Origin: Cyanidioschyzon merolae
Lineage: Eukaryota
Assembly (NCBI GenBank): GCA_000091205.1
Contig: AP006492.2
Strand: one strand, 5' to 3'
Length of the DNA: 64,000 nt
The notes below the pieces were generated by a model that worked only from the letters and a program-made list of their open reading frames with translations, was not told the DNA's origin and searched no databases. Positions 52,677 to 64,000 of this stretch are shown in pieces. The position numbers and the translations under genes were made by a program. Within the stretch, counting starts at the first letter, position 1; each line of letters starts with the position of its first letter.

Positions 52677-55676
52677 ATGGAGGACAGCAGAGGATCTAGC
52701 GCAGACGCGACTGGACTTTCTACTATGATCAGGGACTTGTCGCTGAACAGTGGTAGCGGGTCGAAACAGAACTCGACTAGCACTGGCGTTGGTGTTGCTG
52801 GTGCCACGGGTGCACCAGCTTCTGGAGAAACCTCAAGTCGCAAGACTTCCCCGATGAGCTACGCCAGCGCAGCCCAACAGTCGGGAGCGGAGAGCGGGGT
52901 ACTTGGTGGCACAGCGGGCGGGCCGTACGCAGCTTCGGCTGCTGCGCAAACCGCACGTGCGCCCTCCGCGAGCAGTACCAGCAGCATCAGCAGCGGCGGC
53001 GGCAGCAAAGGCCCCGGCGGAGCGCTACAGGCCGCTGGGGAGAGCATCCCTCCTGCGCAGAGCGTATCGGGCGCTGGTGCCGCTGGTTTCGGAGACGGAT
53101 CTGTGGCGGGCTTCGCCCTAAACGGTATGAGCTCGTTGCCAGCGAGCGGAGCTACTGCTGTGCCAGCCGCATCAGCGAGCGGAACGGGCGAACTGCCAAA
53201 CGTGTCTCTCTATGTTGGCGATTTGCAGCCAGATGTCGTTGAACAGAACCTTTTCGAGCTGTTTTCCTCCGTCGGACCGGTCGTCTCGGTAAGAGTCTGC
53301 CGCGACGTTGTAACCCGTCGCTCGCTTGGTTACGCGTACGTCAACTTTCAGAACCCAGAAGACGCCGAGAGAGCGATCGATGTCCTGCAGTTCTACGAGG
53401 GGCCGCTCACGAAAAATAAGCCCATTCGGATCATGTGGAAGCGCAGTGATCCTTCGCAACGCCGAAATCCCGAGGGAAATATCTTCATCAAAAATCTCGA
53501 CAAGAGCATTGACAACAAAGCGTTGTACGACACATTCAGCACATTTGGCAAGGTTCTTTCGTGCAAACTTGCGACCGACGACAAAGGCAATTCCTTGGGA
53601 TATGCGTTCGTGCACTACCAGGACGCGAATGTGGCGAAATACGTCATCTCGAAGATGAACGGCATGTTGCTCAACGGACAGAAGGTTTACGTTGGAGAAT
53701 TTCGCCCAAGACGCGAGCGCGAAGCCACTGGGGAATTATCCACCAAGTTCACGAACGTGTACGTCAAAAACTTGGATGAGTCGTTGTGCACGACCGAAGA
53801 GGTGACAAAGCTATTCGCACCATATGGAAACATCACGTCGATTTTCATCCCAACGGAAACCGTTCAGGAGCAGCAACCACACCACGAAGACGAGCACCGT
53901 GCACCTAGTGAAGAAGCGAGCAGCGAAGCGGGTCGCCAGGGTGGCAGCAGCCAAGAGGTCAAGTCGGCGGGCGCCGACCAATCGAATGCGGCACCAGACC
54001 TGGAAACGTCGGAACGGAACGATGGAGCCAAGGCTCCAGAGAATCGTGCGCATGCTCAAAGCGTTGTGCGCGTGCGACCTCGAGGATTTGCCTTTGTCAA
54101 TTTTGAGACGCCCGAGCAGGCAGCTGCAGCTGTAGAGGCTCTGAATGGAATGGAGCTTAACGGAAAGACGCTCTATGTCGGGCGAGCACAGAAGAAAGCC
54201 GAACGCGAGGCGATGCTACGAGCGCAAATGGAGCAGCTGCGCAACGACAGGATGCAGAAACTCCAGGATGTGAACCTTTTCGTGAAAAATCTCTCCGATG
54301 ATGTGGATGAGAATCGCCTCCGAGAAGAGTTCTCCCGCTTTGGCACAATCACCTCGCTGCGTATCATGCGCGATGAAAAGGGCGTGTCGAAAGGGTTCGG
54401 GTTTGTTGCGTTTTCGCACCCTGATGAAGCGATCAAGGCCGTCACTGAAATGAACCAGCGAATTGTCGGTCAGAAGCCGATATACGTGGCCCTCGCGCAA
54501 CGCAAAGACCAAAGAAGAGCACAGATCGAGGCACAGCGAGCGGCGATGATGCGAGCCCAGATGAGCTTCCTTCCGCCTGGCTTGGCTGCATCCATGTACG
54601 TTCCTGGAACTGGCATGCCGACACCTTCGGGTTATCCATATCCGTACGCAGTGCATCCGATGCAGATGCAGATGTCCATGGGCATGAGCCGCGCTATGTC
54701 CGCGATGCCCGGTGGTGCTGCCTCGGGTGCCATGACGTACGGCGGATTCGCAATGCAGCCAAATATGGCGGTTGGAGCATCAGGTATCCCGCGGATGAAT
54801 ATGACCTCGCCGAATATGACGAACGCTGCGCCCGCATCCGCCGGCAGTATTCCAATGGGCGGCCCAAATGCCGCCATGCTGATGCAGGGCCGCATACCCT
54901 ACGCTACCGTGGGATCGCAGCAGCCAATGACGAGCACGCTTGGCTCTGGTCAGGTTCTGCAGAACAGCGGGGCGCCGGGCGCTGTAGTCGGCGTACCCGG
55001 ATCGGCAAACGCCGAAGCAGGTGCCACAGCGGCCGCTTCTGGTCATCCCAACCCGAACTTTGCTGCAAGCGGCGTTGCAGGTCGTGCGGGGCCTCGCCAA
55101 GCGCGAATGGCTGCCCGTATGGGTCCAGCATCTGGCCCGATGCCGGGAGTATCCATGCCAGCCATGGCGTCAGGGTTACCGACCGGCCTGGGTGCACCCG
55201 GCATGGGCTACAAAATGGGTGGCGCGATGCGGGCGCCTCCTGGCGGTACCATGGCGGGTATGGTTGCCATGTCACCAATGACAGCTGGGGCGGGCAACAC
55301 GGTACCGTCCGGTGCCATGGGTAACATGATGATTGGCTCTGCGGCATCGCAGCCGCTCACCGTCCAAATGCTTGCGAATGCGGACCCCAAACAGCAGAAA
55401 CAAATCCTTGGAGAGCGGCTCTATCCACTCGTTTACCAGCAACTTGTGCGTGAGGGTAAGCGAGAGCTCGCTCCGAAAATAACCGGTATGCTTCTGGAGA
55501 TGGACAACTCCGAAGTGCTCCACCTTGTTGAGTCCCCAGAGGCCCTGCAGGAGAAAGTCGAAGAGGCGCTCGAAGTCTTGCAGCAACACCTGGCTAGTTT
55601 ACAGGCCAAGGCCGCTCAGCATACCTCCGCACAACAGGGCTTGTCATCAACAGCGCCGTCAAACTCTAGCGCGTAA
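52677..55676 (+). CDS. PABP: Poly(A)-binding protein (4 RRMs plus C-terminal MLLE/PABC domain)
   Basis: RRM1 LYVGDL...GYAYVNF. RRM2 IFIKNL...GYAFVHY. RRM3 NVYVKNL...GFAFVNF, with an acidic insertion of about 90 aa. RRM4 NLFVKNL...GFGFVAF. MLLE: KQILGERLYPLVYQQ...ITGMLLEMDNSEVLHLVESPEALQEKVEEALEVL. M/G/A/P-rich linker. Confidence 0.85.
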   Translation: MEDSRGSSADATGLSTMIRDLSLNSGSGSKQNSTSTGVGVAGATGAPASGETSSRKTSPMSYASAAQQSGAESGVLGGTAGGPYAASAAAQTARAPSASSTSSISSGGGSKGPGGALQAAGESIPPAQSVSGAGAAGFGDGSVAGFALNGMSSLPASGATAVPAASASGTGELPNVSLYVGDLQPDVVEQNLFELFSSVGPVVSVRVCRDVVTRRSLGYAYVNFQNPEDAERAIDVLQFYEGPLTKNKPIRIMWKRSDPSQRRNPEGNIFIKNLDKSIDNKALYDTFSTFGKVLSCKLATDDKGNSLGYAFVHYQDANVAKYVISKMNGMLLNGQKVYVGEFRPRREREATGELSTKFTNVYVKNLDESLCTTEEVTKLFAPYGNITSIFIPTETVQEQQPHHEDEHRAPSEEASSEAGRQGGSSQEVKSAGADQSNAAPDLETSERNDGAKAPENRAHAQSVVRVRPRGFAFVNFETPEQAAAAVEALNGMELNGKTLYVGRAQKKAEREAMLRAQMEQLRNDRMQKLQDVNLFVKNLSDDVDENRLREEFSRFGTITSLRIMRDEKGVSKGFGFVAFSHPDEAIKAVTEMNQRIVGQKPIYVALAQRKDQRRAQIEAQRAAMMRAQMSFLPPGLAASMYVPGTGMPTPSGYPYPYAVHPMQMQMSMGMSRAMSAMPGGAASGAMTYGGFAMQPNMAVGASGIPRMNMTSPNMTNAAPASAGSIPMGGPNAAMLMQGRIPYATVGSQQPMTSTLGSGQVLQNSGAPGAVVGVPGSANAEAGATAAASGHPNPNFAASGVAGRAGPRQARMAARMGPASGPMPGVSMPAMASGLPTGLGAPGMGYKMGGAMRAPPGGTMAGMVAMSPMTAGAGNTVPSGAMGNMMIGSAASQPLTVQMLANADPKQQKQILGERLYPLVYQQLVREGKRELAPKITGMLLEMDNSEVLHLVESPEALQEKVEEALEVLQQHLASLQAKAAQHTSAQQGLSSTAPSNSSA

Positions 55677-57029
55677 ATCCATCTGTTTCCGTCTCGCGTA
55701 TTCGTTTGTGCACGACCGGTCGAGGTTTCGGGGACAAGCGCGCACGTTTCGATGTGTGCGTACGCGTCCAGTCGTCCGCGGCCTCAGCGGAGCATCGCGT
55801 GAGCCGCCCGATGTCGCAGCGTCGTCACGAGACGCGGTCTTGCGTCGCAGCATCGATCTTCATAGCGCGCACACACACACATATAGACGTAAAACCTCCA
55901 CCCAGTCGGGCTCGTGTGCATTTCGCGCGAAAGGTTCTGGATCCGTGTCGCGCGTGCACCCAAAGTCACTGCTGTATCGGGCGATTGGGCTCGTTTCGCG
56001 GCTTTCTGCAACGCGTAGTCATCCGAATTACAGCAGGAAATTTCGCTGAATATAACACAAGTTCTCAGTCAAAGTCCTTGATCATATGAGGCGTACCAAT
56101 GCTGCACAGCATGCTGGTGCCTCGTCCAGCGCATTCACTGATCCATGGTGTCCAGATTCCGCGCTTTGAATGCCCACGAACGTTGCATACCACGCATGGA
56201 GTCGCTGTCTAGCGATTGCGCACAGAACGTACACGCGCTTGGAGAGCGAGTGCACCCCAAACCCGGCAACACCTTCGACTTTGCGTGCTTCGACCAAGCA
56301 TGACCAGAAGGAAAATCCTGCAGCCGCTGACTCTGGAGGCGCTTGCGTTCCATATTCATGCACGTTCAGGCCGCCAAATCAAGAATCCCATGCTCATCAG
56401 AGACTCCTTTCTCACGAGCAGTGACCCAGACGGGCATTGATGTTCGTCAGGTGCTCGTATCGCGCGGGCACCGGACGCGTGCGTGGAGCCGCTTTACCGT
56501 CGCGATGCTTAAACTTGATGAAAACAGTACCAGCATCGCCCTACGATACCCTGTTCGCCACGTATTGGAACGGGCCATCAGCGCGTCCAGTACGCAGCAT
56601 CACCTTGTTTCACTTGTCCAGAATCTTCAAGTTCCAATGAGATGCACGCACGCACGCATCGATACGTGTAATGTGAGTGCGTATCCATGCACTCTACACT
56701 ACTTACGATCGACGTTAAAAGAAGGGAAAACGTTTCCATATTGTCGAAAGTTTACGTTCTTGGTGGGATGTCCCGCGAGCCGGACGAGTCAGCCCGGCTA
56801 GTGCTTGATGCTTCCACCAGTGGCAGGTGCTGTGGCAAGACCTGCGCAGCTCGACCGCAACGCATTTCATTCTGAGACCTTGAGCAGGTTGCTACGTCTG
56901 GGCGTCGCCCTGGTCACAGCAGACTTGTCGTACATCGCTTCGCGCTGCCGCAGGCAGTACGTCTGTGTGCGCAACTTGCAGGCTCCCGGAATGATAATTA
57001 GCCGTGATTCCGTGTCAGGTGTAGGATTC

Positions 57030-57215
57030 CACGAGCCGACGCCCTCTGTGGTACGGCAAAGCCGTTCTATCCCTGTGCAGCTTCTGCTTCAGCGGTATAC
57101 GCGCTACGACGGGTGCAACAAGGCAGGCACTCGGCACACGATAGGACGTATGAAACGACCAGCATATCCGAGAGGAAGTATGGGTAATGGAACTTGAAGG
57201 TAGGTGGTTCATCAT
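57030..57215 (+). mobile_element. Fragment of the LINE 3' untranslated tail (two conserved blocks)
   Basis: Blocks gagccgacgccct.tgtggta..g.aaagccgttct and ggcacacgataggacgtatga.a.gaccag.atatc.gag..gaagtat.ggtaatggaactt are shared with copy A (about 28590-28775) and copy C. Confidence 0.5.
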
Positions 57216-57606
57216 GGACGCTTTCCCGAAAGCCATTATCCATTCCGAATTCTGGTATCCATGGTCAATCTAAATGTTTTGTCTTCTGAGACAAAATCGA
57301 TACGTGTACGCATGCGTCTGTGCACCAAGTGTCGCTGTTGACGACATCACTAAGCGCCTGGGGGCGGGCACAGCGCGCACGCCGCCGCTCCGTGAGCGCG
57401 TGCGTGCTTCGACGCGCGTGCGTGTGTCCATCGACGCTTCACGCATTATCTCCGGCGGATCGAGTGTTTCCACTGCGAGCGCTCGCTTGCTAGCGCTAGT
57501 TTACGCAGTATACGGCGGCTTGTTGAAGAAGCTTTTTTTGTACTGGAACGTGAAGCGTTTATTATCGAGTTGGGGAAATAGTTTTTTTTTTTTTGTTTTC
57601 TAGGAC

Positions 57607-59709
57607 TTGTCGAAGTGTAACTTGACCGAGCGCAGCATGGCATTGAAACACGAGGTCTTCCAGCGGGCTGTGCTCGAGTCGCACGTGGAACCGGAGCGCG
57701 TTCGTTTGCTGAACCAGTGCACTCCGAATACTGCGACTGGGACGTACGTGTTGTACTGGTGTACGCGGTCGCCGAGGGCGGTTCACAATGAGGCTCTTGA
57801 GGTTGCCAAGTCGCTTGCGCGCCTCGTGCGTCTGCCGCTGGTTTGTTTGAACGTCATCGATCTGGAAGAGGCACTGGAAGGGTCTCTTCGACACGTGCTT
57901 TTTCAATTAGAAGGGCTTGTGGACTTTAAGAGGGGGCTCGTGAAGCGCCATGGTCTCTCCCCAGACGCTATACATACGAGGCTGGATCCCGCTTTGAGCG
58001 TGGTTACCCGGCTGGACCCGACGGGAGCCTCTTCCGCAACGAGCAGAACTGGCGAGGAGAGCGTCCCGTACACACCTGAGAGTCCGCCGGCATCCACAAC
58101 GATTGTCGGTGGTCTGAGCGTTCTCGGTGGTGCAGCTCCAGCGCTAGTGGGCGGGCGAGAAGCCCCTGTCACACCACAAATATGCAGCTTCGAGGGCTTT
58201 GCTTCTCGCGCGTATGCTATCGTCACGGATCGCGGGCACTTGCGCTACCAGCGGGCTCGAGCGGCGCGCGTTGCAGCGCTCGCAGGGCGTCCTCTGTTAG
58301 AAGTCGAGACGTCGTTGATTGTTCCAGTTGAGACTGCTAGTGTTCGCGAGGAAGTGGTCGCGTCAACTTTTCTGGACCGCATGGGCAGCGGTCTCGGAGA
58401 GCGATACTTGCATGAGCTGCGCCCGAGCCCGCCCCTGGAACCCGCACCTGCAAACGTCTTAGCAGACCTGCATACGCTCGGGTACTGGCCGTTCCCTCAG
58501 GTTGATCAGGGCTGGTCTGCGGAGACGTGGCTCTCGTCTGTGAATCGCACCCACTTGCTGGAGGTACTGCGGTACCACGGCGTCGACTGTGATGCGCCGA
58601 TTATCAGCGCCTCGGCGTATCGAGGCGGTGAGACAGCTGCTCGCCGCTTGCTCTCAGTGTTTGTCGCACGCAAACTTTATGGCTACGCGGTCAAAGCAGA
58701 GCACCAAAATGAGGCGCTTCGGGCGGAGTATGGCTCCCTGCTTTCTCCTTACCTGACTTTTGGGCACATTTCTCCTGTCTACGTGGCGATCAAAGTTCAC
58801 CGCGCAGCCGCGGAGCGCGAACTCGACGAGCACGGTGGGCGTATGCGAGCCTGCGACAGCGCCGAACGGGTCGTGGCCTCTCTGGAAAAACACCATGGCG
58901 AGGATACGGGTGACTCGGGGGAATCTTTTCCCTCGCAGGCGGGGACGGCATCGCCTGGGTGCACGAGCGAGGAGGCTTTTCTTTTAGGCAGTGCATCCTC
59001 GATGTTGAGCATCGGCTCGTCAGCCAAACGGACCCTGACAACTGCTGATACCCTGACGCTTCGTGCGGCAGTTGAGATAGCCTCGCAGCAGCCTGATGTT
59101 CGCAAGTTTATGGAAAACATGTATCGGCGAGAGCTCGCGTACAATTTCGTGATGTACAACAAGCGTTACGATTCGTTCGATGGCGCGGTGCCGGTCTGGG
59201 CACGCCGCTCGCTCTACGACCGAGCGTCGCGGCGCACCAGCCACTACCAGTACTCCGAGACGGACTGGTACAATGCCCGGACACATAATATGCGCTGGAA
59301 CGCTGTGCAGCGTGAGTTGTTAACACGAGGTCGCAATATCTGCCGTGATCGCAATTACTGGTGCCAAAAAATCCTTGAATACGAAAATGATCCTGCACAT
59401 GCGTTTGAGCTGGCGATTCGCATTAACAACCACTTGATGCTGGACGCCAACGATCCCGTTGGATACGCGACCTGTGCGCAATGTTTCGGGCGCTGGCAAC
59501 AGCCGGTGACCCGCGCATCTACGTTTCCAGGCAGGGATCGAGATCCAGCGCCGGAAGCAGCGTTTGGCGAACAACTTGGCCTCGTACCGGAATTATACAC
59601 ATTGCGAACGGATGAGCAATGGAGAGCTGCAGAGACGCTCGCTGAAATGATCGACCAGCGGCTTGAAATCGTTCCCATACCCGAAAACGACACCGTAGAC
59701 GCGTATTAA
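57607..59709 (+). CDS. Class II CPD photolyase-related protein, divergent, with large low-complexity insertion
   Basis: N-terminus RVRLLNQ...GTYVLYWCTRSPRAVHNEALEVAKSLA, where class II has RIRaL...GpVvYWMsRDQRaeDNWALlfa. LLSPYLTFGHISPVYVAI, where class II has LSPYLHFGQIS. C-terminal YNFVMYN...WNAVQRELLTRG...YWCQKILEY...DPVGYA parallels the class II FAD-domain order. Ser/Pro/Ala-rich insert at about residues 130-190. Confidence 0.5.
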   Translation: MSKCNLTERSMALKHEVFQRAVLESHVEPERVRLLNQCTPNTATGTYVLYWCTRSPRAVHNEALEVAKSLARLVRLPLVCLNVIDLEEALEGSLRHVLFQLEGLVDFKRGLVKRHGLSPDAIHTRLDPALSVVTRLDPTGASSATSRTGEESVPYTPESPPASTTIVGGLSVLGGAAPALVGGREAPVTPQICSFEGFASRAYAIVTDRGHLRYQRARAARVAALAGRPLLEVETSLIVPVETASVREEVVASTFLDRMGSGLGERYLHELRPSPPLEPAPANVLADLHTLGYWPFPQVDQGWSAETWLSSVNRTHLLEVLRYHGVDCDAPIISASAYRGGETAARRLLSVFVARKLYGYAVKAEHQNEALRAEYGSLLSPYLTFGHISPVYVAIKVHRAAAERELDEHGGRMRACDSAERVVASLEKHHGEDTGDSGESFPSQAGTASPGCTSEEAFLLGSASSMLSIGSSAKRTLTTADTLTLRAAVEIASQQPDVRKFMENMYRRELAYNFVMYNKRYDSFDGAVPVWARRSLYDRASRRTSHYQYSETDWYNARTHNMRWNAVQRELLTRGRNICRDRNYWCQKILEYENDPAHAFELAIRINNHLMLDANDPVGYATCAQCFGRWQQPVTRASTFPGRDRDPAPEAAFGEQLGLVPELYTLRTDEQWRAAETLAEMIDQRLEIVPIPENDTVDAY

Positions 59710-60403
59710 CTTTTCTCGTGGTGCCACTACGCAGATCCTTCAAGAAAGCGCGCACCACTCTAGAGCCCTGTGCACGAAAGAGTGTTTGGCGACCACGCCG
59801 TAGGAAGCACTGGAGCACGGGCGCTCGCAACCCACACAGCAGCTTTATCGCGGGCCCCCTTTCTTTGCGTGCATTCGACCTTTTGATGCCCTTTAGAATG
59901 ACCGAACGGAATGGGGATGTCGAATGTGACGAGGTCACTGTTTGAAACGCATTCCATGTCTGCGGAGTTGGCGTTCGACGAAGAGAACTCACACAACATC
60001 TGACCGTTCAGGGGCCCGCCGTGCGCCTCTCAAATCGAATAGCTGCTTTTGATGATGGACATTATGGTTTAAAACCTCGAGCACTAACTAAATGAACTGC
60101 GATCAGAGCCTATCGAGCATAGGCGGCAGGCGCGATGCCCAGCACATGTCCGGGACCAAAGTTTTCGATTCGTCCCTACGCGACCTTGCATGGGTACAAG
60201 CGCATTCGCGAAGCCCGCACGGTCTCTTTGGACCCGCGTTCGTGTCAGGACGCTGGCATCCACCAACGCTTATAAGCGTCGAGTGGCAACTCCGTGGGGA
60301 GACACGCGCAAGCAACCGACGAAGGCTCGAGTGCAACATCAATATGCCGACGTGCCTCTAAAGTGCGAGCTTCCGTGCCCGGCGGCGCCCCGAGCGCACA
60401 AAT

Positions 60404-60802
60404 CTACGACTCTACGGGCTCGAGCCGACCAAGCGCGTTGGCGACACGAATGTCAAGTGCTGCAGCGCGTTTGACAATCGCTGCTCTCTTACGAGCAGAC
60501 ACGCTGTGTGCAATCACCGCGCAGTACCTTCTATTGTGCATCAAGAGGCACTCCAGATCCTTCGAGTTGTGAACTAGGAACGGAAAGAATCCACTTGGCA
60601 GCATATGACGCGTTTTCCTCGCTGATCCGTACCCGATGTTCGGCATCAGCGTTTTGCCGTTAAACCTGCGTCGAACCGCGGAGTCGATGCCTTTCGGTCG
60701 GCGCCAGGACTCTTTCACTCGTTTAAAACGGTCCGATTGATGACGCCGAAAGCGCTTTGTCCTTTTTTTCACAACGCGGACGTGCTCAAGTGGTTCCGGC
60801 AT
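60404..60802 (-). CDS. RPL32: 60S ribosomal protein eL32 (RPL32)
   Basis: Start taken at the internal Met. [117 protein letters not shown] matches eL32 nearly position by position. Confidence 0.85.
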   Translation of the reverse strand: MPEPLEHVRVVKKRTKRFRRHQSDRFKRVKESWRRPKGIDSAVRRRFNGKTLMPNIGYGSARKTRHMLPSGFFPFLVHNSKDLECLLMHNRRYCAVIAHSVSARKRAAIVKRAAALDIRVANALGRLEPVES

Positions 60803-61961
60803 CCTACAAAACTTCTGGTCCTTCGGCTTTGTCGAGACGCGCTCGCTGCGTAAACAAGGCACGGGCAACGAGCCTAGCGTCGACGCCTGACCGCTCAGCG
60901 CAATGGCGCTGCGTGCGACGCGCGTGCTTGGTGTCGACGAGGCGGCGCTCCGGATTCTGTATCAATAGGTACAAATTGTGCCTTTCCCTGACGAATACCG
61001 GTCGATCGACGACGCGCACGTGTATCCGATCAGCGTGGCGTACTGACCCGCTCGCACGGTGGCTACCCTGAAGGGTTTTTACAATTTTCTCCATGTCGAT
61101 ATCCTGGACATTCCAAGTACAAAAAAGCTCTTATGAATTCATAGGTAGTTCCAGGATGCTCGTTGGTTTTTTTGGAGTGGCTCCTTCGATACGTTCCCAG
61201 TGGAATTCGTCATGGCATTCGAATCAAGGGCCTTCGCGAATGCATCGATCAGGGATTCGTGAAGTACCCGATTTCATGATCCAATGCATATGCACAGGCT
61301 CCCATGCGTTCCATTTTACGCCGTACGACATGTTCAAATGACGGATGCTTCAAATTTTCGATCTTTGGTTTTCAAGGCAACTCGTGGGTGCAGCAAATCG
61401 CGCAGCGCGATGAACGATCCAACATTCTCGATGACGTTCCGCGACGGCGCATTCACACGCTCATACCGAAAGGTCACAGAACTCGTCATGTCAAATTATG
61501 GATTCTGTTCGAAAGATGAATCCTCACCTCTTTGATGGCATTGACGAAACGGAATACCCCAGCAGTAGCTCGGTGCGACTCACGGGCTAAGCTCCGAGAG
61601 GCTCCCGCCTGTGCTCTTTCCACACGCAGAAAGAATCTTGGAGTCAGACTTGCGCACGTGATCGTAGCGACAGCATCGAGTGGCGCATGCGTCACTGCAT
61701 TCCAAGAAGGGTGCGTAGACGGATAGGATTTTGTCGATTTGTTTTTTGGCCGGGATTTTCCTTTCGAAACTTGTATCATCAGAGACAAAACCGCATGCCA
61801 CATATCGTCTGCGGATTCGAAGCGTGAACGCTTGCGCATGCAGGGCGCAGCGTGCACCCGCGCCGAGGACATTGCTCAGAGGAAGCCCGTGGTCGAAGTA
61901 TATGGCACCGGTCGCGGAAACGGAGGGCGGCATTGAGACGAGCTTCCTCTACCCGTCATGG

Positions 61962-64000
61962 GCGGGTTTTTTCCATTGACAAAACGTTTACTTAGGCCAG
62001 CGTTCTCCGATTACGCGCATTTTTCTTTTCTTACTCTTTTTTTGTGTTTTTTTCAGAGCGAGTTGGGGTATCCATCAACCCCCTACCTCCATGTTACATT
62101 ACCTATACTTCGTCTCGGATATTCTGGTCGTTTCATACATCCTATCGTGTGTGCCTAGTACCTGCCGTTCCGTATCCTCCTTTGTGCCTGAACCGCTGGA
62201 GCAGATAGGTCATAGAGCTAGAACAGCTTTTCTATACCACAAAGGGCGTCGGCTCGAGGTGTGCTTCACCCGACGTAGAATCGGGTCTCGTCGTCAGTTT
62301 GTGCTCGGACAGTCTGCGGATGCAGGCTTGTCTTCGCTGCACGACACGCTGGAGAAACTTGGCTGTTAGGATATATCGTGGGAGCCGCCTCTCTCCTTCG
62401 TGATCATGCATGGAATGCGTTGTCGCCGGTTGGAAATGCGGATTTGTGCTTGACGCTCACCACAGTGGATAGGCGCAGAAAGCATACTAAACCCGTGTGC
62501 GCGTCCGATTCGCTAGACCTTCCGCTTGGAAGGTAGCACGTGAGTCTGTTGGCCACTCATGAGCGCTGAGGCTCGGTTAGCGGACCATCAGTTGCCAGTG
62601 CTGCAGTCAAAGTGAGTGTCCGGCCTTCGGCTATCATGGTGATGCCCAGCTGCTGCTGTCCTTCAAGGAGCTCGCTGCGCTCCTGCTTCCAGCGCGGGCA
62701 CTGTAAGCCTAAATATGTCAGCGTCTCGGGGGTCTCGTTTCCGCAGCAGGAACAGTGTGACTCCCAGTGCGATTCCAGTGTCCCTATATGGTTTAGAGCC
62801 GGTGCCGCTAGCCAGAAGCCACCAACGCGGATTTTGGCGAGCCACTGGGTACCTCGAGCAAGTCCTGGGAATTCCAGCGCCTCCCACCAGTACTTGCATG
62901 TGTATGCTAGGTTGTAGTTCCGGTATAGAGTCAAGCCGGCGTTACGGGCCCGACTGGTTCCGTGTCTACGTTCCCATATTGTTGTTTGGACCGTTCGCTT
63001 GAGGCAGCGGGAGCCTTGTACATTCCTGGGGAACGATTGGGGAGCGTGTTGTCTCCTAAGAGGCGCTTCAGCCAAATCTGCGTCGATTTCATCCAAGTGT
63101 TCTTGCGGTGCGTTGGGGTCTGCATGGATATCCGATCGAACCAGGTGTTCATAGTTGGCCCTTTGCCCCATATGCGTGCCCGGCAACCTGCTGCTGTCGC
63201 TTCTGTCGAGGCTATTTGGAGTTCAAGTCCGAGTGCCAGCGCGGTGGTTGCTCTGCTCTACATTGAGCATCCAACAGCAACAACGAGTCGCATTGCCATG
63301 TTGGCGGCTATCTGCAGACGTGAGGCATTTGTGTGGTTCATGCCGCACCACTCAACACCCCAGGTCGCAGGCTGGGTGATACACATCCTTAGTGCCCTCG
63401 TACGAATTGCTATGCGGATAGAGGGGTCGGATGGGAATGGACGTGCGATCGCTGTACGTCTATGCATCTTGGCGATTATCTCGTCGACGTGTGCCTTTTC
63501 GTCGAGCGTCGGCGTGAGACAGACCCTCCAGGTAGCGATATTTTTCCACGATCGGAATTTCCTGATTCTGCAACCGCCACGAGCGATTGCGAATGCGCTG
63601 CGAGTCTCCATGGATGAGCATGACGCCGCACTTCGATACTCCTATGCTCATCTCCGAGCGATCGGCCCGGGCGCTGACTTGTTCCATGCTACCCGCAAGC
63701 GTTTCCGGGGCGGGTGCCAACAGCACGGCTTCGTCCGCAACTAGACGGCCTGCGAGGCGGTTCCTATGTGAGGGCTCCTCACCGGGCATCTCCACAGTCT
63801 ATCCACGGCACCTCAAGCCCGTATTGTCTGCAGTTGTTAAGCAGATCGTTGATGAAGATGTTGAAAAGGAGCGGGGATGCGGGGTCGCCCTGCCGCAGTC
63901 CACGGCGGATTCTTCTGGAAGGGGTTCTTGAGCGGTCGCCCAGTCGGATGCGCATCCACGAGTCTGCATAGAGCGCACGGAAGAACGCCAAGCACTTTCC
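61962..64000 (-). mobile_element. Non-LTR retrotransposon, copy C (3' part; continues beyond window end)
   Basis: ORFs 62557-63186 (C-terminal Cys/His domain), 63258-63611 and 63460-63795 (RT, LVADEAVLLA box) match copies A and B. The A-rich 3' tail is at 61990-62060. Confidence 0.75.

Noticed and set aside
1116-59709. Two ORFs of identical length (2103 nt, 700 aa) at 1116-3218 and 57607-59709, initially suspected to be duplicates
   Set aside because: The translations are unrelated (GT8-like vs photolyase-like). The equal length is coincidental.
1-64000. Kinetoplastid-style polycistronic locus (suggested by intronless genes, tRNA and LINE elements)
   Set aside because: Neighbouring genes alternate strands at short range and there is no spliced-leader-type organisation. 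Plastid-type targeting signals and MYB/GT8 plant-like genes fit an algal nuclear genome better.

Overview
This window is nuclear DNA from a GC-rich (about 57%), intron-poor eukaryote; mixed gene strands rule out a kinetoplastid polycistron. Gene content suggests a plastid-bearing, green-lineage-like alga, which is inference only. Each gene-level pointer is weak: a Tat-signal lumenal PsbQ-like protein, ClpS, class II photolyase, a PGM with an N-terminal extension, R2R3-MYB, and a GT8 with a C-terminal polytopic domain.

Housekeeping genes are compact and mostly uninterrupted: eS10, eL32, PABP, a Yos1 micro-ORF, a p24 cargo receptor, calcineurin B, acyl-CoA thioesterase and tRNA-Cys.

The central third and the 3' end are dense with mobile elements:
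- two copies of a TnpB/Fanzor-like RuvC nuclease element, one near full length (21.9-24.6 kb) and one 5'-truncated and pseudogenised (32.6-33.9 kb);
- three copies plus one fragment of a degenerate non-LTR (LINE-like) retrotransposon (24.6-28.9 kb, 33.9-37.2 kb, 62.0-64.0 kb, fragment near 57.1 kb);
- a 1.8 kb perfect-symmetry inverted repeat (9707-11506 and 16137-17936) that brackets a calcineurin-B plus cytochrome-P450 cassette;
- a 3.6 kb direct segmental duplication of the P450 locus (12312-15984 and 45916-49540), whose second copy carries clustered single-base deletions;
- several micro- and minisatellites, including a Z-DNA-prone (GCGT)n tract.

The most interesting candidate is the Fanzor-like RNA-guided-nuclease family element and the region just 3' of its ORF, where a guide (omega) RNA would be expected.
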